Assembly (NCBI RefSeq): GCF_001949145.1
Contig: NW_019091356.1
Coordinates: forward strand, 2,364,932 to 2,428,931
From: Acanthaster planci
Taxonomy: Eukaryota
Direction of reading: 5' to 3'
DNA length: 64,000 nucleotides
Shown: positions 1-11,650 of the stretch, one piece after another
How positions within the stretch are numbered: the stretch's first letter is position 1
Layout: every line of letters begins with the position of its first letter
Program-made: the position numbers and the translations under genes
The notes under the pieces: model-generated
What the model was told of the DNA's origin: nothing
Databases searched by the model: none
What the model saw: the letters and a program-made list of their open reading frames with translations, nothing else

Positions 1-3000
1 GGGAGTGTATCCTGCATGTTGTCATGCTATTATGAAATTCAGCGACAGACTTTGATAATATTAGCACAAACTTCTTCAGGAATCATGGTTTATATAGCAA
101 GCTGATACTGCAGCTTTTGTTGTTGTTTTTTAGGGGGAGGCCACACTTGCTCACAATGTGGACCTGCTCACTTTTTGGACCCATGCTGGTTGCTATTTGG
201 GGGCAGATTACATCAAGCCATTTTCTCATCAAAATGGTGTTTGTTCGATCCAAAGCACATGTGCGTGGACCGAATGTCCAAAGGGATATGTGAAAGTACT
301 AAACGCAATTTGATGTTGAGGTTTTTCCTCTGGTTTTTTTGGTGCTTATGACAGGTAAACTGCAAGACTTTGTTCTTGCATTTTAACTCGGCACAGCACA
401 CTGTATGTCTCTGGCCAAAAGCTGACAATTAAAAAGAAAAAGGGTTAGCTTTGTCCAAACACGCGTTCAGGCCTAATTTCATGCAATGAACCATCACGAC
501 TGTAGCCCACATCCAATGAGTAATTTTTAACTAAGGGAAATGCAACTGACACAATGAGCAGACACTTACTGCCACTTGTTCCTTTGAGATTCTTCGCCTC
601 AGTCGACTTGGGCAAGCCTCAAAGATTCTCAGAAATTCCTGCGTGAGCTCTTAAATTACACAAGCAAAGGAGGGGGGTAGGGAAGACAAAATGCCATTTT
701 TTTTAGAAAGTCCAGAACTTTTCCAATGAAACAAGACTACTGGTAAATGCAAGGGCAAAATAACTTTTACTCATTGGTAATGGAAATACAGTCAAACCTC
801 AATACGAAGAGCACTGTTAACCCTAACCCTCCTCAGTCCTTCAACAGGTGAAGGATTGAGGAGGGTTAGGGTTAATAAAAGGTTCCTGTCATAACGAGGA
901 CAAAGTTTAGGTCCCGAGTCTTTGTTTTTCTGTTTTCCACTCCTGATGATACAAGGTTCCTGTTAAAACAAGGTTATTTGTAAAGCTCCCTTATTAACGA
1001 GGTTCAACTGTACTTCACAGTAAAGAGGTGGATTGAGACGGCCGGGGATTGTCCCATTTGGGCCGATCTGGATTGAGCAGGATCTCATCAAGACTCACCA
1101 TCCAGCAGCTCTTTGGTGACGGTCGGGTCCACATACTCCCACCAGTCTTTGCCATCACTGGACCTCATGATCTGCAAAGTAAGAGACACAACGTGAATCA
1201 GGCTCTGGAATGACAGTTGGCATCAGATTGTTTCTGATCCCAGCACATCCTGAAGGAGGTAAATTTCACAGACACTGTTCCATGGGAAAATCTGCTTTGT
1301 CGGATGAGACAATCAACCAGTGTTCCAGGCAGTGTTGTATTCGAGTCCATCACAAGTCATTCGGTCTTAAGCCAATTTACAAGCTATTCAAATGAGCTGT
1401 GACAAAAGCATTCTTTTGTAATTGTTCACCCTGTTACTTATGACTGGCCTTGTGAAGGGAGTCGTGATCGTTCAGTGAAGAAAAACAGGTAGATTTCCCT
1501 TGAACCAGTGTTGAAGGGAAATCTACCTGATTTTCTTTGCTGAACGATCACTTGCACGAGGAATATTTTTGCTCCTATTAAACATAGTAAATTGGCTGCT
1601 ATTTATCAGGCTCTTGTGGAGTTCCATGATTCACTGACAGCATAAGCACCCTTTGTATTTACTTTCACTGAAAAGCAAGTGTCTGTGCACTTTTGAAGAA
1701 TCAATAATGTCCACCATGAGAATAATATAACTGGAGTATTTCTCAATTATGTATCAATAAACGCCTGGGAGATTAAAAATCTAGTGAAGATTTTACAAAA
1801 AGTTGGTTCTTAGGACCCTCTTTCCTTCTCCATTTCTTGTTTAGGTTTAGATTTAGATTGATCTTGCAAAATGCCGGGTCTCAATTTGGTCGAGATTTCT
1901 GCTGAATGAGTCGGGGGATTTTCTGGCCCTCTTTGACAACCAGCACCTGCCAACACCTACCTCCCACTGAGACCACTTGGCAGCCAGATAGATACAGACG
2001 CACGCCACCACGGTCGGTTTGTACTGCAAACAGAAGGTGGTCAGGTGTAAACTGCAAATTCAAAACAGATCAAGCAGAAAGAAAGTGAATCGACCGCCGG
2101 GTTATTCCTCGCGCAACTTCGATTTACAAGCAATGCAGAGTATGCGGCTTACCATTGGATGGCTCTTTTTTCACAAACAGGCTCTCAGCAATTTTCACAT
2201 TTTCTGGACCTACAGAATTTCAGTAAGGATCTTTGTGTGTACCCATTAACCCTAACAGTCCTCAATCCTCCAACAGGTGAAGGATTGAGGATTGTTAGGG
2301 TTAATGAGTGCATTTAGAAAGCTCCAAGCGCACTTCTGAATTCCCCATTACTACATGAGGCGACTGTGGCCCACATGCGGCTAGCGAATAGCTAGCGGAG
2401 ACTGGGAGAGATTGTAAGCAAAATAAGAAGACCAGATTGGATGATGCAGATTTTTGTGTTTAATGACACTGTGAAGCTCTTGACAGGATAATCGAGCACC
2501 TCAAGATTTTGAAGTGAAAAACAGCTCAGAATGCTTTTTGGACTGTGATGCTTTGTCACATCCTGTTGCACAAATGACCAATTTAGCCCATTTGGGGGGG
2601 GGGGGCACAACTTTGTGCAGATGGAGGGTGATTTTTCGAGCTTTCATGTAGTGTTTTGTGTTTCTAATTTTCAGTCAATGGATTCATGGAAACTTAATTC
2701 GTTACATACAAGTATACAAGGCCTATTAAACTTACCTGGATGACTGGTAAATCCTATCTAATTATTTTACTTCACACTTTTACTAGGAAAAACAAATCAC
2801 AACCCATTTATAGACTAAACTTTCAAAACGAAAGTTTATGCTGAATGGTCAAGCTCAAGCATATTTATCAGTTTATCTGCCACAACTTTTACTTTCTCGT
2901 GACCTTTTTTGTGAAGTTACAGCCCTGATGAGATCTCTTCTATGAAAAGCATGCAGCAATAATCACATCTTTTGAAAAGGTGTTCAAATCAAACAAATGT

Positions 3001-6000
3001 GAAAGTACGGCGGATGTTTAAAAACTAATATGGTAACATCTGGGGAGGGGAAGCCACATGATATTCAAGTGGTGGTAGGCGATGGATTTCTTGAAGCTCT
3101 CAATGACGAGTTTTGTGTTTTGCACTCGGGCATTATCTGGTGAAAAAAAGGTAATCTTTTTTGATTAGAAATCAATGGCTACGACGAGAAACGATTGGTT
3201 TTCGTTCTGCTGAATCACTTTATTATCTATCACTTGAGCAACTGCTCCTTACAGGATACACTGGTTGAGGGAAACAAGTGGGGTTTTTATGAGCGTTCAC
3301 TAATCTTGAAGCCCCAGGTATAGCGAAGGCATTCACAAAGACAAAGGTAACTAACAAAAAGCACTTTTGATATCTTACTTCCATGTCATGCAATACACTG
3401 GCATATTTACCTTATGAGAGCAAGAGCGGTCCTTGCGTACGGTTTACGACAAACCTGCAGCCCTGGCTCCATGTAACTCTATTACACTGTGCATAAGTTC
3501 CCCATACATGTGAAATACACATCGACTTTAACCCTAACCCTCCAGCCTACTTTGGCTAGAAACCCTGCCAGACACATCAGTCTGCATCATTTGTCAAAGT
3601 GGCTTGCCTGCCCAGTGTAACAAGATCCAACAGTTCTACTCTCCCCACGGCCAAACAGTGTGTGCGGGTCTGTGGTTGCCAGTTACCACACTATCCAACA
3701 GTGGCATTGTTCAATAGGACTAGCTGCCATTGTCTCAACATAGCCAGTGTGTGCCACTGCTGTTGATTGCCAAGTGCATCAAAGTAAATCAAACTTTTCA
3801 CCTGGTGCACTGTGCTGCATCTGGGAGGGTTAGGGTTAAGACCGGCATCAGTGGACAAATCTCCCCCAGGGCTCTCTGCAAGCACTCAGTCGATACATGC
3901 TATCGCATGGCTCCAAATGAGCCCAGTTGAGCGTGTAGATAATAACCGAGTCGACTTGGCCAAAGGAGTGCCCAACGGGGTAATTTAGCCCAATGATGCA
4001 TGTCAGATGTGTTAAAATAGAAAAGACAGATAGAGAGGCAATGGGGGGCAGCCAACCTGTTGTTCGCCATGAAATAGGAGGTCTGGGCCAGGTCCTTGCT
4101 GGCTGCTTGCCCGGGGGACGGAAGGGCCAATTCCCCCAGGGTGAGAGACCGGAAGGCCGCAGCACATATCCCGTGGTCGCCACAAAACGGTGACACGGTG
4201 GCAAAGCCATGAGGAGGGACGGGGGGCAAACAGACGGCAGGTGATGAGGGGCGGAGGGGTCGGGGAGCAAAAGTGGGGGGAAACTCATTAGCATGATTTG
4301 GCTGGAAGTGCAAACATAACCAAGTCCGAGGCTGACGCGTTTGTGCCAGGCTACGTCCTTTTTGGCTTCTATTTTGTTTTATTTCCTTTTTTGGGGGGCA
4401 CTTTTTCTTGCCAAAGGTATGTGCAACATGGAACAGAATACAATAGCCAGAGTAAATACCTCAGCCTAAGATTTATTCCCAATAGCTTCAGAATAAAAGC
4501 ACTTTCAATTCTTACAAATACCGCAAGGACCAAATAACTTTGGAACTTTCTGCAGCATTTGTAAGAAGCCAATGACTAATTCATATCATTATCTAAATCT
4601 GCCAACACCTTATCGACAATGTTAGACTTTTCTCACAAAAGTTTACCAAATGATTCCCATAAGCTTAAAATTACTGTCAGACGACTTCGAAGCATACAAC
4701 ATAGTAACTTATGAGAAGTTAAGAATGCATCTAACGCTACGATAATCAGCAACACACACACACACTCAAATGCACACAATATTTTCTCCTAAAAAATCTG
4801 AGGGGAATAAAAAAGAAGGTGAGCTTTACAGAAATTTGAAACGTTTGAAAAGTGAAAGCACAATGGTAAGATTTAAAGGACCCGTTATTCACCAAACTGC
4901 ACACAGTGCCCTGTCCAGGGGAAAAACAAACGTGTACTTTTAACTCACGTGAACCAAACGCAATCTTGAATCGACCTGAAATGCCATGTAAAAGAGAGGC
5001 ATGAACTGATGTACAGTGGTTACATTATCACAACTCCAGCATATGTTCAAACACGTGTATTTAAGATGGTGGTCCGTGTCACATCTTTTCTTCGATTTTG
5101 CAACTGCTTTGAAACCTGCAAGCCTATTAACCACTTGCCGCCGGGGACTACGGTTTCGGGCACCGTGTGTGTATATGCGTGACCGGGGTCTCTGAAATTA
5201 GACGAAGGGAACTGGGCCTTGTAACAAAAGACGGTACTTGGAACAAAAGACTAGGCTGCTGGGCATTACCAACATTTTTTCACTCTCAATAGTGGAGATA
5301 ATCCAGCCTTGTTTTGAAACAGTATACCACGGCTTAGGGCGAGCAGATTACCACTGGGGACAAAAGCGCTCCACCACCGCAGCGATGAGCCACACAGCAC
5401 CACTGCACACTAATCTGGCCCCTATTGAAAAGAGGTCGGCAACGCACTGTGCCAGGTTCGTGAACAAAAGAACGTTACATAACACCACACAATCTGGGCT
5501 CTTTTAACAAGGCAGCAGGCCTGGCTGAAATACTCAGGCATCAATAGATTCCTATGATGCAAGATATGGGGCGGAGAGAGCCCCCCCCCACCGCCTTTGT
5601 GTTAGTCATTGTTTGATCAGAATCTCAGGAATTCTTTACAGACTTCTAGGGGGAATGTGTTAGGTAACAAAAGTCTAGAGTGTGTATAGAGATTGGACAT
5701 GTGGGGGGGAGTGCCCATCTGCCCCATCTCGTACACGATATCAATAGATTTTGTCTGTCAGACTAGAGTAGCCACCAAACAGTAACTTGTGTGGGTGTAA
5801 ACATCCATTAATTGAAATGATGAATTTTGAATAAGTCCCGGTTATGTGCACTGCATTTTTCAAACCACCCAGCAGCAAGTGGTTAAGTAGCATGTAGCCT
5901 GGAGAAACAAGGGGTCAAATTTTGAGGAAACTGGCGGTGAAGCAAGCGAATGGGGTTGCTGACCTTGCTTTTAGAGCCGAGTCAATTTGAATAATTCACT

Positions 6001-9000
6001 ATTCGAATAATCGACCTTCAATTCAATCGAATATCTGAACATTCGGTCGTACCGACCAGCAGGTTGTTGAACAAACCTTATACAAAATCAGTTGCAATAA
6101 CACACACAATTGTACATTATAATCACTATAATGGCTTCTCACGTCTAGGAGTATCTCCAGCCACAATTTAGCAAGTTTTAAGAGCGAACAGTACTTCTTG
6201 CCCTGTTGAAAATTTCTATTCCTTTTAAATAAAAAAAAATTTAACTTTTTGAATCATTGTAAGATTTGATTCTGCTCGAAACAAGCCTCCATAGTGCAAC
6301 TTTTCTCATTTAAATCAAAGAAAACTACCTTTTCCTTTTTAGGAATTTTGCATTCGAATATGTAATTCAGAAAATAATATTTGAATATTTGATAATCGAC
6401 AAAGCCCTACTTGCTTTCTGTTCATTCGTAACTATTTTGCCAACTTACTGCTTTATTGTTAAATAAATCCACTTCGAGCAAGCAGAGACTAAACTCTACA
6501 CGGACAAGCAAAACAGCTGTCTATTTCTACTATATAAATTCTATCAAAATATGCCGAATGCTGTGCTGACTAGTCACTCCAGTTCAGGTGTGAATACAGT
6601 ACGGTGGCACAACTGAATGAAACACAACACGCTGAGTTTCTTGTAAGGGTCTTTGCTCTCTAGTCCTTTTTTGTTAAGTTACAAAGTTCAGGCCACAACA
6701 TTTATAGTAAATATGGTAAATATACATAACCTATTTGTTTGGACCATGACTCTTTTTTCATTTTTTTTTTTAAACTTGACTTTTGCTTCAACAAGTGAAA
6801 AGCCTAAAATACCACTGTTCAGTGTTAACATTTGCATGAAACAAATAATTAGGGGTGCCTAAAAAAAAGTGAAAATCAGAATTTCAAAGTGAAAGTATCT
6901 GACTCTCTTGAGTTGATTTCAAATTTGTTCTATGACGAGTTTTCAGAAAAAAGCCGACAAGAAAACTTATAGCTTTGCCTCATCCCCTGGACAGAGCACA
7001 ACAGGGCAGAAATGGTCCGTTTGTTACCCCAAATAGCTGTCAAGCAAATGGTTTGTAACTTAAGTCAATGCCTCAAGACACAGTGACTGATGACTGAGTT
7101 ACCCTACTGCAATTCACTCTTAGGAATGATGAAACTGAAGACCGCGTTTGACTATGTTTGAATAAAATCCAAACTACGCTTGGAAACTTTGGTCATACTT
7201 CTGATCAATTTCAACTACTGGGAGGTCGTTGAGGCTTTGACCAAATTCATCAAATACACCGACAATTTACAGTTGAGCAAATTACACGGCCTGAACACAA
7301 TCTGATCACCAAGAATTCCATGTTTATTGTTTAAACATTTAAAACTAAAAACAAAATTCACATAGCCCTCATGAATAATTCATTCCTAAACACACCATTC
7401 ATAGAATACCGGTGGTTCTGATTGGTTCACTGGCCATGAATCATTCACATATAAATATTCAAAGGGGGCTCCCTCTGTAGGATCTGCAAAGAAAGCACAG
7501 ATGGCAGTTAATTTGGTGATGCTTAACTACTGATAAACTGAGGAATCACTCACCTCGAATCATCTGTGTACATTTAATAACATGGGTGTGAGGATGGTCG
7601 ACGGCGACTTCAAAACCTTGGAAACAAACCAGAATGATGCTGAATCAAAACGGGACAGAGAGACTTCAATTTGATGGCAATGTCACAAGTTCGTGTGTAT
7701 TCATTTACCACTGCGATTTTTTGAGCCCATGACAATAATTCCTCAGTAACAAAAAAAAAACAAAACAAAAATCAATGGATGACTTTGTATGGATCCCTAG
7801 TTTTTTCATGAAAGTAACTTTGGAAGTACAACATACACAGGTAATTAAAACGTGCTTTTCATCATTAGTATAATGTATCAAAATTCATCTACAGTGCAAA
7901 CAAGATTTTTTTTACTTACTGATTTCGTTGACACATCATTTTAGAATACAGTTGCAGTCCTAAGTTTCGAGTATTCCTTTGGGTGTGTGCGCCCAGCAGG
8001 CTCCCCTTTCCACTGCGAGTTAGCGCTCTAGTTTTTTAATATACTAGCCGAGTCATTTTTCCTTAACAACGAGAAAAACCAGCAGGACTCACCTAATGTT
8101 TGTAACAGAATGCTTTCGTTTATGACTAATTCTTGTGCTTCTTGTTGATAAGCCTGGAAGAAAAAACCAAGAGAGACTTAGTCGATTTGCCTCGCTCCCA
8201 ACTTTTCACTTGCACAAGAACACCTGTCTGAACACAGGTAGACACGGTCTGACACGCCAAGGTCACACTCAGCAAGTAAAAGCCTATATGACAGTGTTTG
8301 AAGGGTTGAGGCAGTGGTCACCCTTCCTGGGAGCACATTCAAGAGGTAACGGAATATTTCTGAGGATTGAGTTGTTATCTTATTTTTCCACTGAGGCAGT
8401 TGGAGGATTTTTAAGGACGGAGGCTCACTAAAAAGGGTATTGGGTTTGAGGTTGAAAAGAACTCCTCTTTCACTCACTTCGCTCTTCGTGTCCAAGACAG
8501 GACCTCCGCGATGTTGGCAGGCATGGTGGACTTTGATGACATATTCAAGCTTATGGGGTTGCTCTTCTACTTTGGCGGCAAGGAACAGCGCCGCTGCTGC
8601 AATTTTCTGTACAAATTGATATAACATATTTCACCGTTTTGTTAACCTTGCTGGAGGTTTTAAATCCGAAGTTGACTTGGCAAACTACATGTACACGTAC
8701 ATGCCTACGGGTTTCAGGATCTGTGGAAGACTTTTTGCAGGATTCCAGACCGTAGTCCAGCGAAGCCTTGTTACTTTTACTTGGACCTTACATATCCCAC
8801 ATTCATTTGATTCAAAAGAATCTGCCATTGGTTGACATGGATTACTGCTTTGGATATAGGATTCCGGAAGGTTCCTCATAAAACGTCCTTCAAAGTCTAA
8901 CACAAACAAGAAGCTTTATCCTTGGTGCCGCCACTGTGGTTTTGTTTTATAGCTGTGAACTATTAAGGGGATCTCCCAGTACACAAAAAATATGTGTTAC

Positions 9001-10429
9001 TGGCCCACGCCCAGGCTCAATTTGGGCAAATTTGAATAACTTTGCTAGAACGCAGCAGAGGTAAATGTTAGGGCTACATCGACACGCAGCAACTTTAGAA
9101 CCTCAGACACTCACATTGTGGGGGAACCGCTGGAAGGAACGAAACACATAGAATCTGTGCATATATACAATGGCGGTGTTAATGCACAATTGATTTCTGG
9201 GGAAAGGCAGAGTTAAGGATGACACAAACTCACATAAATGTATCAGAGTGACATTTATGAGCCAGATAATGATTAAAAACAGAGCTATATACCATTTACT
9301 GTTATCACTCTTAGGTTATAATCTAATTTATTACCATGTCTATAACCCTAGGTCCACCGGAGAGCACAAGGTGATGAGAAAACTAGGAACCAACACTTAC
9401 TATGCCAGAACCAGCCACCCAAATAACTCTCAAAACATGCTCAAAATTACTTGCTGACATCACTTATTTTTATGTGATCTCAATGAAGGTCAGTTGTTGT
9501 AAATATGTTGAATATAACAGACACCAATCTGAGACTTAAACACATTTGAAGTGTGATGTCACTGTTGTCACATGAATGTTGTCAACATTCATAAAATCTG
9601 TACACAAGCAAGGACAAGATATCTGCATTGCCCCATGTACAAATTTTCAGCTGTTTAGTGTAGTTACTTGTCTTAAAGTCAGATAATGCTGTATATGCAA
9701 TACATTTGACAATTTCACAGCACATGCATGATGTAACACCAAAGCCATTCATTTCAATGCGAATGTGTTCATCATTTTCATGGAAGACTTCAGCATGCAG
9801 GTCTTGGCCTCCAAAGCAAAGTGTAAAATAATTCAGGTCATATCATGCATATTGTGAAACATTCTTATCTCCGAAACATGCTGAACACTAAATGAAATAA
9901 ATAGTCTAAATAATCATGCTTAAGTAATGTTACATGTCACGATGTGCATCACGTTGTCGGCATGGTTAGTTGACTGAGCTGAGACAATGGCATAATGATC
10001 GGTGTCACGTTATAACAACCCCAATACTCAACATGCATCACTATGTCAATCACATTCTAAAACTGTCAAGACTTAGGATCAAACTTCTCTTTCTCGCGTA
10101 AGAGACATCTATGGGAAATTGACAATATTCGAACATGAATATATTTAAAATATATGTTTTTAAAGGGATTTAAAACGAGTTAAATGCCGGCAACTTCGCG
10201 GCCATGGCGGCAAAAGACAACGTGACGCCATGCCGCCAGGATGTTGGGAAATTTGAATAGAATAAGGATACACTTGAAGACGCCGTCCCATTTCCTGGAT
10301 GAGGTTTGCGGCCTGTTGTCGGTAGGACAGTTCCTGCCTCGGTTCTATCTGACATTTTCGAGAAGGACTGTTTAACAAGACATCGCGAGTAAAATACCAC
10401 CGCCGCTCGCGGTCGGGAATAGCCGCCAT
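1..10429 (-). CDS. CCNT: Cyclin T (P-TEFb regulatory subunit), 5' part; gene continues beyond the left edge
   Basis: Exons with consistent phases: 10429-10272 ([13 protein letters not shown]...[21 protein letters not shown]), 9196-9115 ([16 protein letters not shown]), 8606-8478 ([16 protein letters not shown]), 8153-8093, 7616-7554 ([12 protein letters not shown]), 4102-4057 ([15 protein letters not shown]), 2051-1961 ([28 protein letters not shown]), 1171-1099 ([14 protein letters not shown]), 649-570 ([17 protein letters not shown]), and a probable exon starting at 11. These are typical cyclin T cyclin-box motifs. Confidence 0.96.
787..1012. mobile_element. Tc1/mariner/pogo-type MITE (TA-CAGTCAAACCTC ends) with a nested TTAA hairpin element
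   Basis: TA|CAGTCAAACCTC ... GAGGTTCAACTG|TA. An inverted homologous copy lies at 13410-13593. Confidence 0.75.
817..875. mobile_element. 59-bp TTAA-flanked palindromic mini-element, copy 1
   Basis: TTAA CCCTAACCCTCCTCAGTCCTTCA ACAGG TGAAGGATTGAGGAGGGTTAGGG TTAA. TTAA flanks with CCC/GGG ends are piggyBac-like. Confidence 0.85.
1464..1551. repeat. 88-bp palindrome in a cyclin T intron
   Basis: GTGATCGTTCAG...CAGGTAGATTTCCCTT pairs with AAGGGAAATCTACCTG...CTGAACGATCAC. Confidence 0.85.
2246..2304. mobile_element. 59-bp TTAA-flanked palindromic mini-element, copy 2
   Basis: Same length and core (CAACAGGTGAAGGATTGAGGA) as copy 1. Confidence 0.85.
3528..3839. mobile_element. TTAA-flanked MITE of about 310 bp with the same CCCTAACCCTCC termini as the 59-bp family
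   Basis: TTAA CCCTAACCCTCCAG ... CTGGGAGGGTTAGGG TTAA. Confidence 0.75.
5127..5886. mobile_element. TTAA-flanked MITE (CCACTTGC termini), copy 1, with an internal insertion
   Basis: TTAA CCACTTGCCGCCGGG ... CCCAGCAGCAAGTGG TTAA. Homologous to 21051-21634, about 49056-49638 and 56169-56401. Confidence 0.85.
5971..6409. mobile_element. Degenerate MITE with TTCGAATA sub-terminal repeats
   Basis: TAGAGC...GTC at the left and GAC...GCCCTA at the right, with several TTCGAAT/ATCGA motifs at both ends. Confidence 0.4.
9197..10271 (-). other. U12-type (minor spliceosome) GT-AG intron 1 of cyclin T
   Basis: Donor GTATCCTT at 10271-10264. Branch site TCCTTAAC at 9219-9212, 15 nt before the end of the intron. 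The reading frame joins correctly (LQV|NQL). Confidence 0.93.
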
Positions 10430-11088
10430 GGAACCCGTACCGACGACCAGACAGAGGTTCTGCGGCTGCGCAGAAGCCGTTTTCACACGAATTCACGCCG
10501 TATCTCGCGTAAAATCTCACACACAGATGCATCATGGGATTGAAAGTCGGGATTTTCGTCAGATGTCGTCAGACGATTTTCAATGAAACTTCGCCCCAGT
10601 TTGGTGATTTGACCGAATTCAAGCAGGTATTTTGCTAAAATTATTATCATACGTAGCAAGTAGACCGCAGTAGTCCTGAAGAAGTAGCATTTTGGAGTCA
10701 TTTGAGAGGAGTAATCAATCAACGTATTTTATCGCTGTTAACCGCAAATGAAAAAGGTGGGAGCAACATGGCGTCGGTTTTTTCCCCAGAAATCATGAAT
10801 ATTCATCATTACAGTCTCACGTGCGCCGCGCTTAGTACATGTGATGAGTTAGATATTGCATATTACTGAAAATCGTGAAGCCTCGAGACACGTTCCTACC
10901 TCCATGCTCTAGATTATAGATTGTAAGCCTAGTAATGGTGTTATATATTAGGCCTGTAATCCAGGTTTAAATAAAGCTTGTTTCAATTAGTCAGTTATTT
11001 AAGCTAAGAGAAAATGGGGTTTAATTTTGTGTTATTCAGACAATTTTGTCATGTTCGTTTATAACTCAGACTAAACAGCTAAAGTCTG

Positions 11089-11200
11089 AATAGGGGTAAG
11101 TGTGGGTATACCCGATCGGGGGAGAACCCGATCAGCTGGGATTTTTTTCATATGCTGATCAGGTTCTCCCCCGATCGGGTATACCCACACTTACCCTATT
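11089..11200. repeat. Near-perfect palindrome with arms of about 47 bp
   Basis: AATAGGGGTAAGTGTGGGTATACCCGATCGGGGGAGAACCCGATCAGC, a 17-nt spacer, then the reverse complement with about 2 differences. Confidence 0.9.
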
Positions 11201-11248
11201 GTCAGTTTGAGCTGGCATGGTTTGGGGGATTGGATTAAATGTTGGGGA

Positions 11249-11443
11249 AGAGTTCCATATACAGACACCAGTAATTATTCCCTACAGTGACCTATTAGCC
11301 TTCGGGAAGCAAAAACATGTCCAGAAAAGTCAATCTAGGAAGGAAAAAACCAAGTCGTACTTAGAAAACACTTCTGAGTTTTTCAGGTCAGTTTCATAGG
11401 GTTTGTGCATGGGGTGTCAAGTGGCATCCGTACATGGCACTCT
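11249..11443. mobile_element. MITE of about 190 bp; second copy near 39101-39291
   Basis: Imperfect inverted ends AGAGTTCCATATA / TACATGGCACTCT. Colinear similarity to 39101-39291 (for example CATAGGGTTTGTGC-TGGGGTGTCAAGTGGCATCC). Confidence 0.75.
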
Positions 11444-11650
11444 TTCCAAATGGTATTGTTAAACTCTTTATCCTTTTTGAGAAATGTACAATTTATGTAA
11501 ATGAATAGTTTTATAGTTTGGAAAGGACTTTTCATGTACCAATCAGTGATTGATTTTGTAAACAAATTTATTGTGATTTTCCCCCACACACCATATTTTG
11601 AATAACACCTGTCAGCTGAAATTATCTATTATTTTCCCCTGTGGCAAGAC

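Larger units (their letters stand above)
10430..11648. promoter_or_regulatory. Probable bidirectional promoter and 5'UTR region shared by cyclin T and KANSL2
   Basis: Divergent start codons at 10429 and 11651. CpG-rich stretch near 10170-10900. YY1-like AACATGGCG near 10765. An acceptor (ttttcccctgtggcaag) lies 2 nt before the KANSL2 ATG, implying an upstream non-coding exon. Confidence 0.6.

Noticed and set aside
817..875. Interstitial telomere
   Set aside because: Only one to two TTAGGG units, forming the ends of a hairpin element.
5238..5507. Similar short ORFs at 5238, 21137, 49229 and 56036 that look like a peptide family
   Set aside because: They lie in copies of one MITE and their frames are not preserved between copies.
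10768..10869. Short ORF MASVFSPEIM... as a KANSL2 first coding exon
   Set aside because: It ends in a stop with no clear donor. The ATG falls inside a YY1-like motif.
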